Shown here piece by piece: positions 8,682 to 16,580 of a stretch of DNA of 33,597 nucleotides. The notes under the pieces were generated by a model that saw only the letters and a list, made by a program, of their open reading frames with translations, had not been told where the DNA came from and made no database searches. The stretch is from a virus. Lineage: Duplodnaviria > Caudoviricetes. Numbering within the stretch: position 1 is the first letter of the stretch; each line of letters begins with the position of its first letter. The DNA is taken from positions 1 through 33,597 of the IMG/VR virus record IMGVR_UViG_3300027820_000071; one strand, written 5' to 3'. The translations under genes and the position numbers were made by a program.

Positions 8682-9548
8682 ATGAAACTTATGCTTGTTG
8701 CTTCGCTATTTATGGGGGTAGCAGACGCTAGCCCTTTCTATTTTCAAACGACTCTAGGCGGGGCTGGCAGCTTCGAGAGAGGGCCTGAGCATCCAACAGC
8801 AAGTATTGCCATCGGTGCAGCTGTTTATGAAACAGAGCGATTTGGCATAGACTTAGAGGCTGGATACACACGTATCGGCACTGTAAAGGCAACTCCAAAA
8901 GTAGAACATACTGTTTGGTATGAGCCGATTCCTGTTGTTCCAGTTCCAACAGAAAGACCAGAGCCAACAGAGCCGCTACCAATCATTTCTGAGCCCGCTA
9001 AGCCTATAGGGCCTCCTGCTCAAGTTAAGATTGAAACTCCTCCGCCAGAACTTGCTGAGCCTGAGCCTGAGACAGAAAACGATAAGCCAATCCTTGTGAT
9101 AGATGTTCCTATTGATCTAGCTCTCCCTGGAAAACTTCTGGCTCGCTCTGTGAAAGGTGCTCCTGAAGGCATAAGGATAAACGGGCAGGAGCTAAAAAAG
9201 TACATCCCGAAATACAGCACTGATCTGTATCAAACAACGATTGGAGCCAGGCTTAAATTAGGTAATTTCATGTGGATACAGCTTAGAGGCGGTGCTGAGA
9301 AGAAAGTTATTGATGGTCAGATCGATGAAAAGAGGCAGAAGGGAGAGACTATCAACTGGCGGATTAAGGAAAAGTTTCGGGATGATGAAATTACGTATGT
9401 TCTAGGAGGCTCTGTCCTTTTGAATCTACGCAAACAGCTTATGGGCGTGCTGAAATTCGACTACCACGACCTTAATAACCGCGTTGATGATAATAGCTTC
9501 CAGACTGACGATATTATAGTCAGTGCTGGCTTAAGGTTTGGGTTTTAG
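8682..9548 (+). CDS. Outer-membrane beta-barrel protein with Pro/Glu-rich insertion
   Basis: Signal peptide ending ADA, amphipathic strands (FGIDLEAGYTRIG, IGARLKL, LKFDYHD) and a C-terminal beta-signal SAGLRFGF. Confidence 0.7.
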   Translation: MKLMLVASLFMGVADASPFYFQTTLGGAGSFERGPEHPTASIAIGAAVYETERFGIDLEAGYTRIGTVKATPKVEHTVWYEPIPVVPVPTERPEPTEPLPIISEPAKPIGPPAQVKIETPPPELAEPEPETENDKPILVIDVPIDLALPGKLLARSVKGAPEGIRINGQELKKYIPKYSTDLYQTTIGARLKLGNFMWIQLRGGAEKKVIDGQIDEKRQKGETINWRIKEKFRDDEITYVLGGSVLLNLRKQLMGVLKFDYHDLNNRVDDNSFQTDDIIVSAGLRFGF

Positions 9549-9550
9549 TC

Positions 9551-9859
9551 ATGTTTAACTTAAAGAATGCGATTCTTACTGCTGTCTTTGCTACTGTTCT
9601 TAGTGGGTTCAGCTGGTTTGGCTCTGAGTTTGTGCAAGCAAAGCAGGACCAAATCATAAACTGGGCTGATAAAACATATCTAAAGATTGCTACATTTGAT
9701 CAGCGCAGTACTCGGAGTGAGATCAGACAGATTAAGCGAGATATTTTCGAACTGTTGCGTGTAAAGGAGCAGCGTTCTCTGACAGATCTGGAAGCCAAGC
9801 GATTGCATGACTTGCAAAATGAGGTGCATGACTTGGAGAATGACTTAAAGAGCATGTAA
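9551..9859 (+). CDS. Membrane-anchored coiled-coil protein
   Basis: N-terminal hydrophobic helix and C-terminal heptads. Confidence 0.6.
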   Translation: MFNLKNAILTAVFATVLSGFSWFGSEFVQAKQDQIINWADKTYLKIATFDQRSTRSEIRQIKRDIFELLRVKEQRSLTDLEAKRLHDLQNEVHDLENDLKSM

Positions 9860-9863
9860 ACAT

Positions 9864-10133
9864 CTACATAGATTTCAGTTTTAAGGCAAGCTCCAAATCT
9901 TGTATTTCATCTTTTGCCGCTTGCAACTCTTTGCTTAAAGAGGCGACAGTCGAGACTAATTTAGCATTCCTTTCTGTCAGTTGTTCGCATCTCTCCCGAG
10001 TAGAACCAAGTCCATAAAACGATTGCGAGGCATTCCTGATCGTCTTCATGTATGCCTTCTCCGGGCTTTCTCCAAGACTGCAAAGTTGCGCATATGCTTG
10101 ATTTAACGCCCACGGGATATTGTTTTCACTCAT
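9864..10133 (-). CDS. Hypothetical coiled-coil protein
   Basis: Last gene of the leftward operon, with a 4-bp overlap to the upstream gene. Confidence 0.6.
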   Translation of the reverse strand: MSENNIPWALNQAYAQLCSLGESPEKAYMKTIRNASQSFYGLGSTRERCEQLTERNAKLVSTVASLSKELQAAKDEIQDLELALKLKSM

Positions 10134-10345
10134 ACTTTCGCCCTCTTGAAATGCCTGAATACTCCAGTAGGCGCATTGGCAAGCCAGTCAATATCATACT
10201 CATTACTGCTGGTCTTCTGTGTTATCACTGCTAGCTCATATGGCGTTATGTCTTGTAGTGGCTCAAAATGAAATAATCCCACCTCATCATGGACATCAGG
10301 ATCTATAGATTTAAATCTTGTTGCTATTCTCACTTCAATATCCAC
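10130..10345 (-). CDS. Hypothetical protein
   Basis: Part of an overlapping operon. The FEPLQDITPYELA motif is seen in small phage proteins. Confidence 0.6.
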   Translation of the reverse strand: MDIEVRIATRFKSIDPDVHDEVGLFHFEPLQDITPYELAVITQKTSSNEYDIDWLANAPTGVFRHFKRAKV

Positions 10346-10538
10346 TCATAGATCTAAAATTACTCATCGCTATACTTTGAGCCAGGGTTTCCATTTCCTT
10401 CCTCCTCTCCTTAGTCTCCGCATCAACCTCTTTTCCTTCAGTGCTTTCTGAAGTAGTCTCTTCTATAGTTTTAGCTTCTGCGAATGTACCAATAAGCGGT
10501 GATGCGGAAATCATTTGTAGGAATGACCGTCTTTTCAT
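10335..10538 (-). CDS. Small protein with twin-arginine-like N-terminus
   Basis: MKRRSFLQ matches RRxFL. RBS AAGGAG. Confidence 0.6.
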   Translation of the reverse strand: MKRRSFLQMISASPLIGTFAEAKTIEETTSESTEGKEVDAETKERRKEMETLAQSIAMSNFRSMSGY

Positions 10539-10852
10539 TTCAATACTCCTTCTTCAATCCAATAACGAAAAGTTCTTAGAATTCCCCTAAGCCAATAGAA
10601 CTGCCTATCTCTTTCATTGCATTTACCTACCCCATCTCCGATGTATTCATGGCATGCACTACAGGCGATAGCAGCAGCTGTATCGTCTGGTTTCATGCCC
10701 ATTCCAGCATTAGAGTCATGACTTCTGTAATGAGCAAGTACTGAGGTTTCAGGATTATTGTTGCAGGTCGGGCCTTGTATCATGCATGGAGCCCCTCTAG
10801 CAGAATCCCTTAGCTTCTGCAGCCTAATCGGCTTCTGCTTTGGAATCATCAT
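10535..10852 (-). CDS. DUF1364 (YbcO-like) putative Zn-binding nuclease
   Basis: LRDSARG.PC....P.CN.NPETSVLAHYR...GMGMKPDD..AAIACSACH. Confidence 0.9.
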   Translation of the reverse strand: MMIPKQKPIRLQKLRDSARGAPCMIQGPTCNNNPETSVLAHYRSHDSNAGMGMKPDDTAAAIACSACHEYIGDGVGKCNERDRQFYWLRGILRTFRYWIEEGVLK

Positions 10853-11069
10853 TTGAAAACATCTCCCCTCGCGTAATCCCTGCTAATACAGGGAAATTAT
10901 CAGCGAATTCATCCCACCATTCCCTGCACTTAATCTCTTGAATAATCAGCTTTCTTACAAAACGGCTCATTGATATTTTGTCTTCATTCGCCATCTTATG
11001 AAGATGGTCTTTCAGGTCATCATCCATATATACCCATACTTTATTTGTAGTTGCTTTGCACTTACCCAT
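10824..11069 (-). CDS. Ribbon-helix-helix DNA-binding protein
   Basis: KVWVYMDDDLKDHLHKMANEDKISMSRFVRKLI. The likely start is ATG 11069, after RBS GGGGAG. Confidence 0.75.
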   Translation of the reverse strand: MGKCKATTNKVWVYMDDDLKDHLHKMANEDKISMSRFVRKLIIQEIKCREWWDEFADNFPVLAGITRGEMFSNDDSKAEAD

Positions 11070-11079
11070 ATTATCTCCC

Positions 11080-11412
11080 CTATGTAATATTCCCCTGTCG
11101 CTTATTTGCATTCTCGCTACGCCATAACTCGATAATCAACTCGGCTGTGTTCCTCCGGTTCCTGTAGATTTCATAATCCGCTACGGCGTTCTCATACTTC
11201 CCTCGCCATTCGGTGTACTCTTCACTATTCCTCGCTCTACCTTCCTTCTCTCCGACGGTCCCATCAAGACTCCTCTGATCGAGGACAAGCTGGCCAAGTA
11301 TCGTCTTTTCCTTGTGGGCTAAGCCCATCATGTAAGATTTGGCCCTTGCTGCTCTCTCATCAGTATCAATTAGGTACTGAAGGGCTTTATCTCTGCGCTC
11401 TAGATCAATCAT
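11080..11412 (-). CDS. Helical hypothetical protein of the recombination module
   Basis: C-terminal IELWRSENANKR. Coupled to the upstream gene. Confidence 0.65.
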   Translation of the reverse strand: MIDLERRDKALQYLIDTDERAARAKSYMMGLAHKEKTILGQLVLDQRSLDGTVGEKEGRARNSEEYTEWRGKYENAVADYEIYRNRRNTAELIIELWRSENANKRQGNIT

Positions 11413-12419
11413 CAGAGCCTGCTTATCTTTTCGAGATATTTAATTGAAAGGCTAGAAAGATCTTCTAAGACTTCATGTTGTATTTCGCTTAACTCCTCAT
11501 CTTCAATGGAAACGCCATCAATAAATCTGAGCTTCTTAACCCAATCTTGAAGCCTTTCTTTCTCTGGCCGTAATTTCTCTTGCCTAGCCTTCTCTGCCTC
11601 TTCCTCTTCCTTCTTCTGCTCTGCAAGTTCCTTCTCTCTTTTCTCCAGCTCTAGCTGTTCGTTCTCTTCCTTTAACTTCCTTGCTGTAGATTCTGCTTCT
11701 GCAAGTTTCTTTGCCTCAATCTCTCTTTTCTCCTTCTCGATAGCTTCTTGAGCAAGCCGTATTTTTTCGTTCTCTGCATCTATCCTAGCCTGCTCTTCTG
11801 CCTGCTTCTTCTCTTGCTCTTCCTGGAGAACACGAAGCCGCTCTAATTCTTCCTTTTCTTCTATTGCTACAGAGAGTTTTTTAACTCCAGCATTTTTTGC
11901 AATTACAGCATCATCAAAAAACTCTTGATATTCTTCTTCCGTTATCTCGATTTTAGTTAGATCTGATAAGTAGATTTTTAGCTCTGCTGAATCCTTACCA
12001 AACATATTATTAGCAGGGCCTCTAATGTCGTATTCTATCTTGTGATTTATGTTTTCTTTCCGCTCTTCTTCCCTTTTAAGCTTTTCTGCGGCTTCCCGCA
12101 CTGCCTTATCATCAACTTCTTTTCTTAGCGCTTTTAACCTATCCTCTTCAGGCACTACGATATCCAGCAGTCTTTTCTGCTCTGAAAGAACGGCTTTAGA
12201 AAACTTATTTGCATCATTCCTTGCAGCTTTCCCTGCCTTTTCTATTGACACCCTTACTTTTTGGAACTCCCTGCACGCACCCTTAACCAACGAATAATCA
12301 TCAGAGTTCGAGATTTCAGTAACATCAGAAAACTTTTTAGATAACGAGGTTAATTCTTGCTCTGTGTGGTCTATAGATAACGCTGCTTTAGCTCGTTCAT
12401 TAACGGTTAACTCTTTCAT
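11412..12419 (-). CDS. Long coiled-coil protein (DUF1351-like)
   Basis: KVRVSIEKAGKAAR...EEDRLK followed by Glu/Lys/Ala heptads. Directly downstream of ERF. Confidence 0.65.
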   Translation of the reverse strand: MKELTVNERAKAALSIDHTEQELTSLSKKFSDVTEISNSDDYSLVKGACREFQKVRVSIEKAGKAARNDANKFSKAVLSEQKRLLDIVVPEEDRLKALRKEVDDKAVREAAEKLKREEERKENINHKIEYDIRGPANNMFGKDSAELKIYLSDLTKIEITEEEYQEFFDDAVIAKNAGVKKLSVAIEEKEELERLRVLQEEQEKKQAEEQARIDAENEKIRLAQEAIEKEKREIEAKKLAEAESTARKLKEENEQLELEKREKELAEQKKEEEEAEKARQEKLRPEKERLQDWVKKLRFIDGVSIEDEELSEIQHEVLEDLSSLSIKYLEKISRL

Positions 12420-13177
12420 TGCGCAGCCCTTTTTAAGTGATCATGGAAAATTGCCCAGTATGTTTTTTTGCATCCTTCAGGAGCCGAGGACTTCATTATC
12501 TTTTGAAGGTGAATCCGCTCATCACTTGATAACGGCTCATATAGCTCACGGGCATTAGCTGGCCCATTCTCCTCATCATCTAGATCAACGATGTCTTTCG
12601 CATCTTTTGATAATCCTTGTATTTTCTTTACATCAACCTTTACAGAGTCATCAACAGACTGAGATTGATTTGGCTGTGACGCTGTATTCCCGTCATCATC
12701 GATCTGATAAACCCCAGCCATTGCAGCCAATGCATAACGCCTAGCATATGTGATACAGCTACCGATCCCTTGAGGATCTGATTTCATCGGAACCATTGTC
12801 AACTTAGAGCGCATCCACTGCCCGGATGTATGTGTTAGCTGAGTAACTAGGCCAACACTACCAACACCACCAATAGGCATTTGAACAACAGAGATACCAT
12901 TTTCTGTAAATGGGCCCCTAATATCGTCCCAGACTGCGCTCAGGTCCGCGTACTTGGATTTAAAAAAAGGGTTAGTGCTGTCCTTGACTGCACCTTGCAT
13001 AGCCCCCTGAGCCTTACACAGAGCCGTAGACAGCTCTGCTATGTCTGGTGAGCACTGGAATTCAAAGTCCAGATTTGCTGCCCTTCCGACAGCTTCCCCA
13101 GAGCCTCTTAATGCGCCGCCAATTATATTATCGATCTTTTTTTCATGGTCTGTATCAATGCTCATTTTCTTCTCCAT
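12416..13177 (-). CDS. erf: ERF-family single-strand annealing protein
   Basis: ALCKAQG....AVKDSTNPFFKSKYADL, HTSGQWM and DPQGIGSCITYARRYAL.AMAG....DDDGN. Confidence 0.93.
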   Translation of the reverse strand: MEKKMSIDTDHEKKIDNIIGGALRGSGEAVGRAANLDFEFQCSPDIAELSTALCKAQGAMQGAVKDSTNPFFKSKYADLSAVWDDIRGPFTENGISVVQMPIGGVGSVGLVTQLTHTSGQWMRSKLTMVPMKSDPQGIGSCITYARRYALAAMAGVYQIDDDGNTASQPNQSQSVDDSVKVDVKKIQGLSKDAKDIVDLDDEENGPANARELYEPLSSDERIHLQKIMKSSAPEGCKKTYWAIFHDHLKRAAQ

Positions 13178-13283
13178 TCTCTAGTTCAATCATCTTTTCA
13201 TGCTCAGCCCAATGCTGTTCTTCTTCCATGTGTTCATAAAGCTCTCTCTCTACTTCGTATTCGTGTCTGTCTTGGTTGCTCAT
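13155..13283 (-). CDS. Small acidic protein (42 aa)
   Basis: MSNQDRHEYEVERELYEHMEEEQHWAEHEKMIELENGEENEH* with RBS ACAGGGG. Confidence 0.55.
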   Translation of the reverse strand: MSNQDRHEYEVERELYEHMEEEQHWAEHEKMIELENGEENEH

Positions 13284-13301
13284 ATTGTTCCCCTGTTAAA
13301 A

Positions 13302-13424
13302 TGGAGGCAACTTGATAAAAGGTCAGGATACGAACCTGACGTCTTCCTCTGTCGAGTCTGTTTTTCCAGCCAGTACCCTGGCTCTGGTTCCCCAGATTTA
13401 TTAAACTACTCTCATCAAGTCGCC
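13302..13424 (-). ncRNA. tRNA-like RNA with 16-bp acceptor stem and 3' UCCA
   Basis: GGCGACTTGATGAGAG pairs fully (with G-U) to CTTTTATCAAGTTGCC, followed by TCCA. D-like arm TA-GTTT...GAAC. T-like arm GTCAGG-TTCGTAT-CCTGAC. Confidence 0.7.
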
Positions 13425-13585
13425 ATTGACTCTGCTCCTGGAACCTTAAATAACAACAATAACTGTGAAGATAGCCACAAGAGCAACACACATAACGATC
13501 AGATCCCCTTTAAAATCCTCTCGATATTTCCGCTCTTGCTTAGCTCTATCCACGTTCGTTCGTAAGTGTATGTATTCTTTTCTCA

Positions 13586-13774
13586 TTATTTTTGTCCTAA
13601 AGGGCTATCATCGCAGTCTAGGCAAGCAAGACCGTTTCCACGTCCTACACAGTCACACATTTCAACTGGTGGTATTCTGTCCATGCGTGGATCGTTCATG
13701 AACGATTCCAACCATGAATGATTAGGCGCCATGGATGGACGTGTAAGCCATACTGGGAACTGTATTATGTTCAT
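13586..13774 (-). CDS. Small Cys-motif protein
   Basis: CDC...CLDC, with TAATG coupling to the upstream gene. Confidence 0.5.
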   Translation of the reverse strand: MNIIQFPVWLTRPSMAPNHSWLESFMNDPRMDRIPPVEMCDCVGRGNGLACLDCDDSPLGQK

Positions 13775-14055
13775 TACTGCATAGCCTCCATTACTTCGAC
13801 ATCTTCAGGTTCGCAATAGTCTGCAACCATAGCTGTAATCTGTTTACCGATACGCAATTCCAGGTCGTGATGCTTATCAGCGGGCTTATTCCTTAGCTCA
13901 ATAATAAGGTAAGCAAGAGCAGCCAGAGCACCGTCATCGGCTTCAGTAAAAGATTCAACAAACCATCCGTTAATATCTTTAACTCTGCCTTCGAAAATGC
14001 TGGTTGCAGTGTCGTCAAACTCTGGTGAATCTTTAATAGTCTCGTTCATTATCAT
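13774..14055 (-). CDS. Hypothetical acidic protein
   Basis: RBS ACAGGGG. First gene after a sigma28-type promoter. Confidence 0.65.
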   Translation of the reverse strand: MIMNETIKDSPEFDDTATSIFEGRVKDINGWFVESFTEADDGALAALAYLIIELRNKPADKHHDLELRIGKQITAMVADYCEPEDVEVMEAMQ

Positions 14056-14075
14056 CCCCTGTTGGTTTGATTATC

Positions 14076-14102
14076 TTATCGGCCCGAATATCGAAACCTT
14101 TA
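14076..14102 (-). promoter_or_regulatory. sigma28/FliA-type promoter 1
   Basis: Minus strand TAAA-GGTTTCGATATTCGG-GCCGATAA, the exact TAAA-N15-GCCGATAA consensus. Confidence 0.85.
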
Positions 14103-14205
14103 GGATAAAAATAAACAAACCAGAATAATGAAGAATACAGCCCAGCCAAGACGGTTAGCGGCATCTTCCAAACCTGTTTTGTCTGTTTTGAAATAGCGTT
14201 TCATG

Positions 14206-15147
14206 TTATTCACCGACCTTAGCCATATGGTTTATTGCTAATCCAATAATTATTGACTTATTAGCTTTCCAAAATTCTATAGCATTCTCTCCATCCATTA
14301 ACCGGATTCGAGGGTCAGTAAAAGACTCCCAGTCTTTTATACTATGGAATTCGCATCCTATTTTGATCTCAGTGTCGGTTATCGTTATAGGATAATGCAT
14401 ACCAGTTACTACAGTTGGGGTTATTGAAGCATCCCCGGATACCCAAGCATCATCGGATACCCAAGCATTACCGAATACACGAGCATTCCCGGATACCTGA
14501 GCATTACCGAATACCTGAGCATTCCCGAATACCTGAGCATTACCGGATACCCAAGCATTACCGGATACCTGAGCATAATAGGATACCTTAGCATCCCCGG
14601 ATACCTGAGCATCCCGGGATACCTGAGCATCACCGAATACCCAAGCATTCCCGGATACCTGAGCATAATCGGATACCTGAGCATAATCGGATACATAAGC
14701 ATTATCGAATACCTGAGCATTCCCGGATACCTGAGCATTACCGGATACCTGAGCATAATCGGATACATAAGCATTACCGAATACCTGAGCATAATCGGGT
14801 ACCTGAGCATTACCGAATACACGAGCATTCCCGGATACCTGAGCATTCCCGGATACCTGAGCATTACCGAATACACGAGCATTACCGAATACCTGAGCAT
14901 AATCGGATACCTGAGCATCCCGGGATACCTGAGCATTCCCGGATACCTGAGCATTACCGGATACACGAGCATCACCGGATACCCAGGAATTATCATCTGT
15001 ACTCAAATTTGATTCAGTTTCAATAAAGCCACCAAGCTGGCCAGATTCAACACCTGAGAATGATTTGATCGCTTCAATTCTATAAAGAGTAACTCCATAT
15101 GGAGTAATAATGCTTTCGTTTAATAGTATGAATTTATCGTTTTGCAT
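14206..15147 (-). CDS. Hexapeptide-repeat (left-handed beta-helix-like) phage protein
   Basis: LYRIEA...GQLGGFIE.E.NLS head, about 31 xAxVSG/xAxVFG repeats, IKIGCEFH...W tail. Confidence 0.85.
   Translation of the reverse strand: MQNDKFILLNESIITPYGVTLYRIEAIKSFSGVESGQLGGFIETESNLSTDDNSWVSGDARVSGNAQVSGNAQVSRDAQVSDYAQVFGNARVFGNAQVSGNAQVSGNARVFGNAQVPDYAQVFGNAYVSDYAQVSGNAQVSGNAQVFDNAYVSDYAQVSDYAQVSGNAWVFGDAQVSRDAQVSGDAKVSYYAQVSGNAWVSGNAQVFGNAQVFGNAQVSGNARVFGNAWVSDDAWVSGDASITPTVVTGMHYPITITDTEIKIGCEFHSIKDWESFTDPRIRLMDGENAIEFWKANKSIIIGLAINHMAKVGE
14426..14987. repeat. About 31 tandem 18-bp coding repeats
   Basis: Unit such as GCATTACCGGATACCTGA with a few recurring variants. Confidence 0.95.
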
Positions 15148-15168
15148 TCTGTTCCCCTGTTAATTTAC

Positions 15169-15402
15169 CTATTCCTGATTCCCGCTCCTGCTCCAGCTCC
15201 TGCTCCAGCTCCTGCTCCTACTCCCGCTCCTGCTCCAGCTCCTGCTCCCGCTCCCGCTCCCGCTCCTGCTCCATCTCCCGCTCCTGCTCCAGCTCCCGCT
15301 CCCGCTCCCGCTCCTGCTCCATCTCCCGCTCCTGCTCCAGCTCCCGCTCCTACTCCCGCTCCCGCTCCCGCTCCTGCTCCTGCTCCAGCTCCTATACATC
15401 AT
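15169..15402 (-). CDS. Arg/Ser/Gly/Trp low-complexity protein
   Basis: ATGA-coupled to the upstream gene and co-oriented with the operon. (SR/SG/SW)n. Confidence 0.6.
   Translation of the reverse strand: MMYRSWSRSRSGSGSGSRSGSWSRSGRWSRSGSGSGSWSRSGRWSRSGSGSGSRSWSRSGSRSRSWSRSWSRSGNQE
15178..15393. repeat. 6-bp tandem repeat tract (CTCCNG)n
   Basis: About 36 units of CTCCTG/CTCCCG/CTCCAG. Confidence 0.95.
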
Positions 15403-15656
15403 TTCAGTATCCCGTAGCTTTCAATAGAGGCAGTCCTGACATAAAAATCATTAGGGAGCGACTGCGCATCTTTCCAAGATTCCTCATTGAATGCTCCGGT
15501 TTCATACACAATGGCAGGATCAGATAATTTAACGTCTGAATCATTCACGCCAACAAGTTTCCCTGTATAGATATAGTTCACACAAAACAGCGTAATACGC
15601 TGCCCCATCAGAGAAACCAATCCTTCGCCTTCAACATCTTCAATCAATCGTTTCAT
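15399..15656 (-). CDS. Small Sm/LSm-like beta protein (DUF6948-like)
   Basis: LMGQRITLFCVNYIYTGKLVGVNDSDVKLSDP...FYVRTASIESY. RBS AAGGGG. Confidence 0.6.
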   Translation of the reverse strand: MKRLIEDVEGEGLVSLMGQRITLFCVNYIYTGKLVGVNDSDVKLSDPAIVYETGAFNEESWKDAQSLPNDFYVRTASIESYGILK

Positions 15657-15680
15657 GTAATTCCCCTTTAGTGAGACTAA

Positions 15681-15724
15681 AGATTATAATAACATTTGAC
15701 AGTTGTCAATACTTGCAGTAGAAT
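15681..15724. promoter_or_regulatory. Back-to-back sigma70 promoters around palindrome TTGACA-GT-TGTCAA
   Basis: Plus strand: TTGACA(15696)-17-TAGAAT(15719). Minus strand: TTGACA(15709-15704) with TAATCT at 17 bp or TATAAT at 15 bp. Confidence 0.85.
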
Positions 15725-15752
15725 TATTTCACACTTAAGCAAAGGAACACAG

Positions 15753-15962
15753 ATGGAAGACTTGACAGAGAAGCAAGAAGAAGTGCTTGCCTTTATAAAA
15801 GAACATGTTAACGATCTTGGCAGGCCTCCAACTCTAATGGAGATCTGCGACGAATTTAACTGGAGTTCACCTAATTCAGCCTCTGCTCATCTTAAGTTCC
15901 TGGAGATTAAAGGAGCCATCGAGATTGACAAGGGTGTAACTAGAGGAATAAGGGTGTTGTGA
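15753..15962 (+). CDS. LexA-type winged-HTH DNA-binding protein (no peptidase domain)
   Basis: LTEKQEEVLAFI......GRPPTL.EI...F.WSSPNSA..HLK.LE.KG.I......RGIRVL. RBS AAGGA, ATG 15753. Confidence 0.9.
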   Translation: MEDLTEKQEEVLAFIKEHVNDLGRPPTLMEICDEFNWSSPNSASAHLKFLEIKGAIEIDKGVTRGIRVL

Positions 15963-16129
15963 TGAAAATAGACGAGCGAATCAAAATAGAACGCGACTCT
16001 CTAGAGATAGCAATATTCCCAAGAGAGCGGAAAGAACATGCTGAAAAGCTGGCTGAACTTGAGAGGCAGCGGGATGCTGAAACAGCATACCGTGAAGCTC
16101 AATATTTTATTGAACCTGTTGATGAATAG
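15962..16129 (+). CDS. Hypothetical protein (55 aa)
   Basis: TGATG coupling. MKIDERIKIERDSLE...IEPVDE* ends inside repeat copy 1. Confidence 0.6.
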   Translation: MKIDERIKIERDSLEIAIFPRERKEHAEKLAELERQRDAETAYREAQYFIEPVDE

Positions 16130-16137
16130 GAGGGGAT

Positions 16138-16347
16138 ATGAGCGGATATTTATTTTTTAGAAAGACTGGTGTTAAAGAAATAGACAAAATATTGAGTAAG
16201 CTTGAGGAGGCAGGCCATGCTTACCACCATACAAGTGAATGGCAGGACGAGACCTGGAGTGGGGAGCCTTCATACGTAGATCAGATTCAGAAAGCAGCCG
16301 ATGATGCTGCGAATAAGTGGGTAAATGAATTTGACCAACCCCGATGA
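16138..16347 (+). CDS. Hypothetical protein (cassette 1)
   Basis: Start and stop both lie within boundary repeats. Strong RBS. Confidence 0.75.
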   Translation: MSGYLFFRKTGVKEIDKILSKLEEAGHAYHHTSEWQDETWSGEPSYVDQIQKAADDAANKWVNEFDQPR

Positions 16348-16359
16348 ATAGGAGGGGAT

Positions 16360-16572
16360 ATGGATAATACAGAAGTAATAGCGGCCATGAAGCACTATAT
16401 TGACACATATCAAGATCAATTAGGGTGGAAACAATACAGCAAGGAAACCATGTTGGCTGACCTTGTTTACGGAATCGGCATAGCAATGGATAGGGACAAG
16501 TACGAGTTTGCTGATGGTTACAACGAATTCAAAAAAGATCTGATTGAATTCTTGACCAACCCAGATGAATAG
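16360..16572 (+). CDS. Hypothetical protein (cassette 2)
   Basis: Start and stop both lie within boundary repeats. Confidence 0.75.
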   Translation: MDNTEVIAAMKHYIDTYQDQLGWKQYSKETMLADLVYGIGIAMDRDKYEFADGYNEFKKDLIEFLTNPDE

Positions 16573-16580
16573 GAGTGGAT

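Noticed and set aside
9845-9880. Two convergent proteins both end in LKSM
   Set aside because: The codons differ and there is no DNA inverted repeat, so this is treated as coincidence.
14421-14996. 191-aa YPVMLR-repeat ORF
   Set aside because: An alternative frame kept open by the 18-bp repeat. It has no RBS and no unique domains.
15142-15417. Plus-strand (PA)n ORF
   Set aside because: Antisense shadow of the 6-bp tract. The minus-strand RS ORF is co-oriented with and coupled to its operon.
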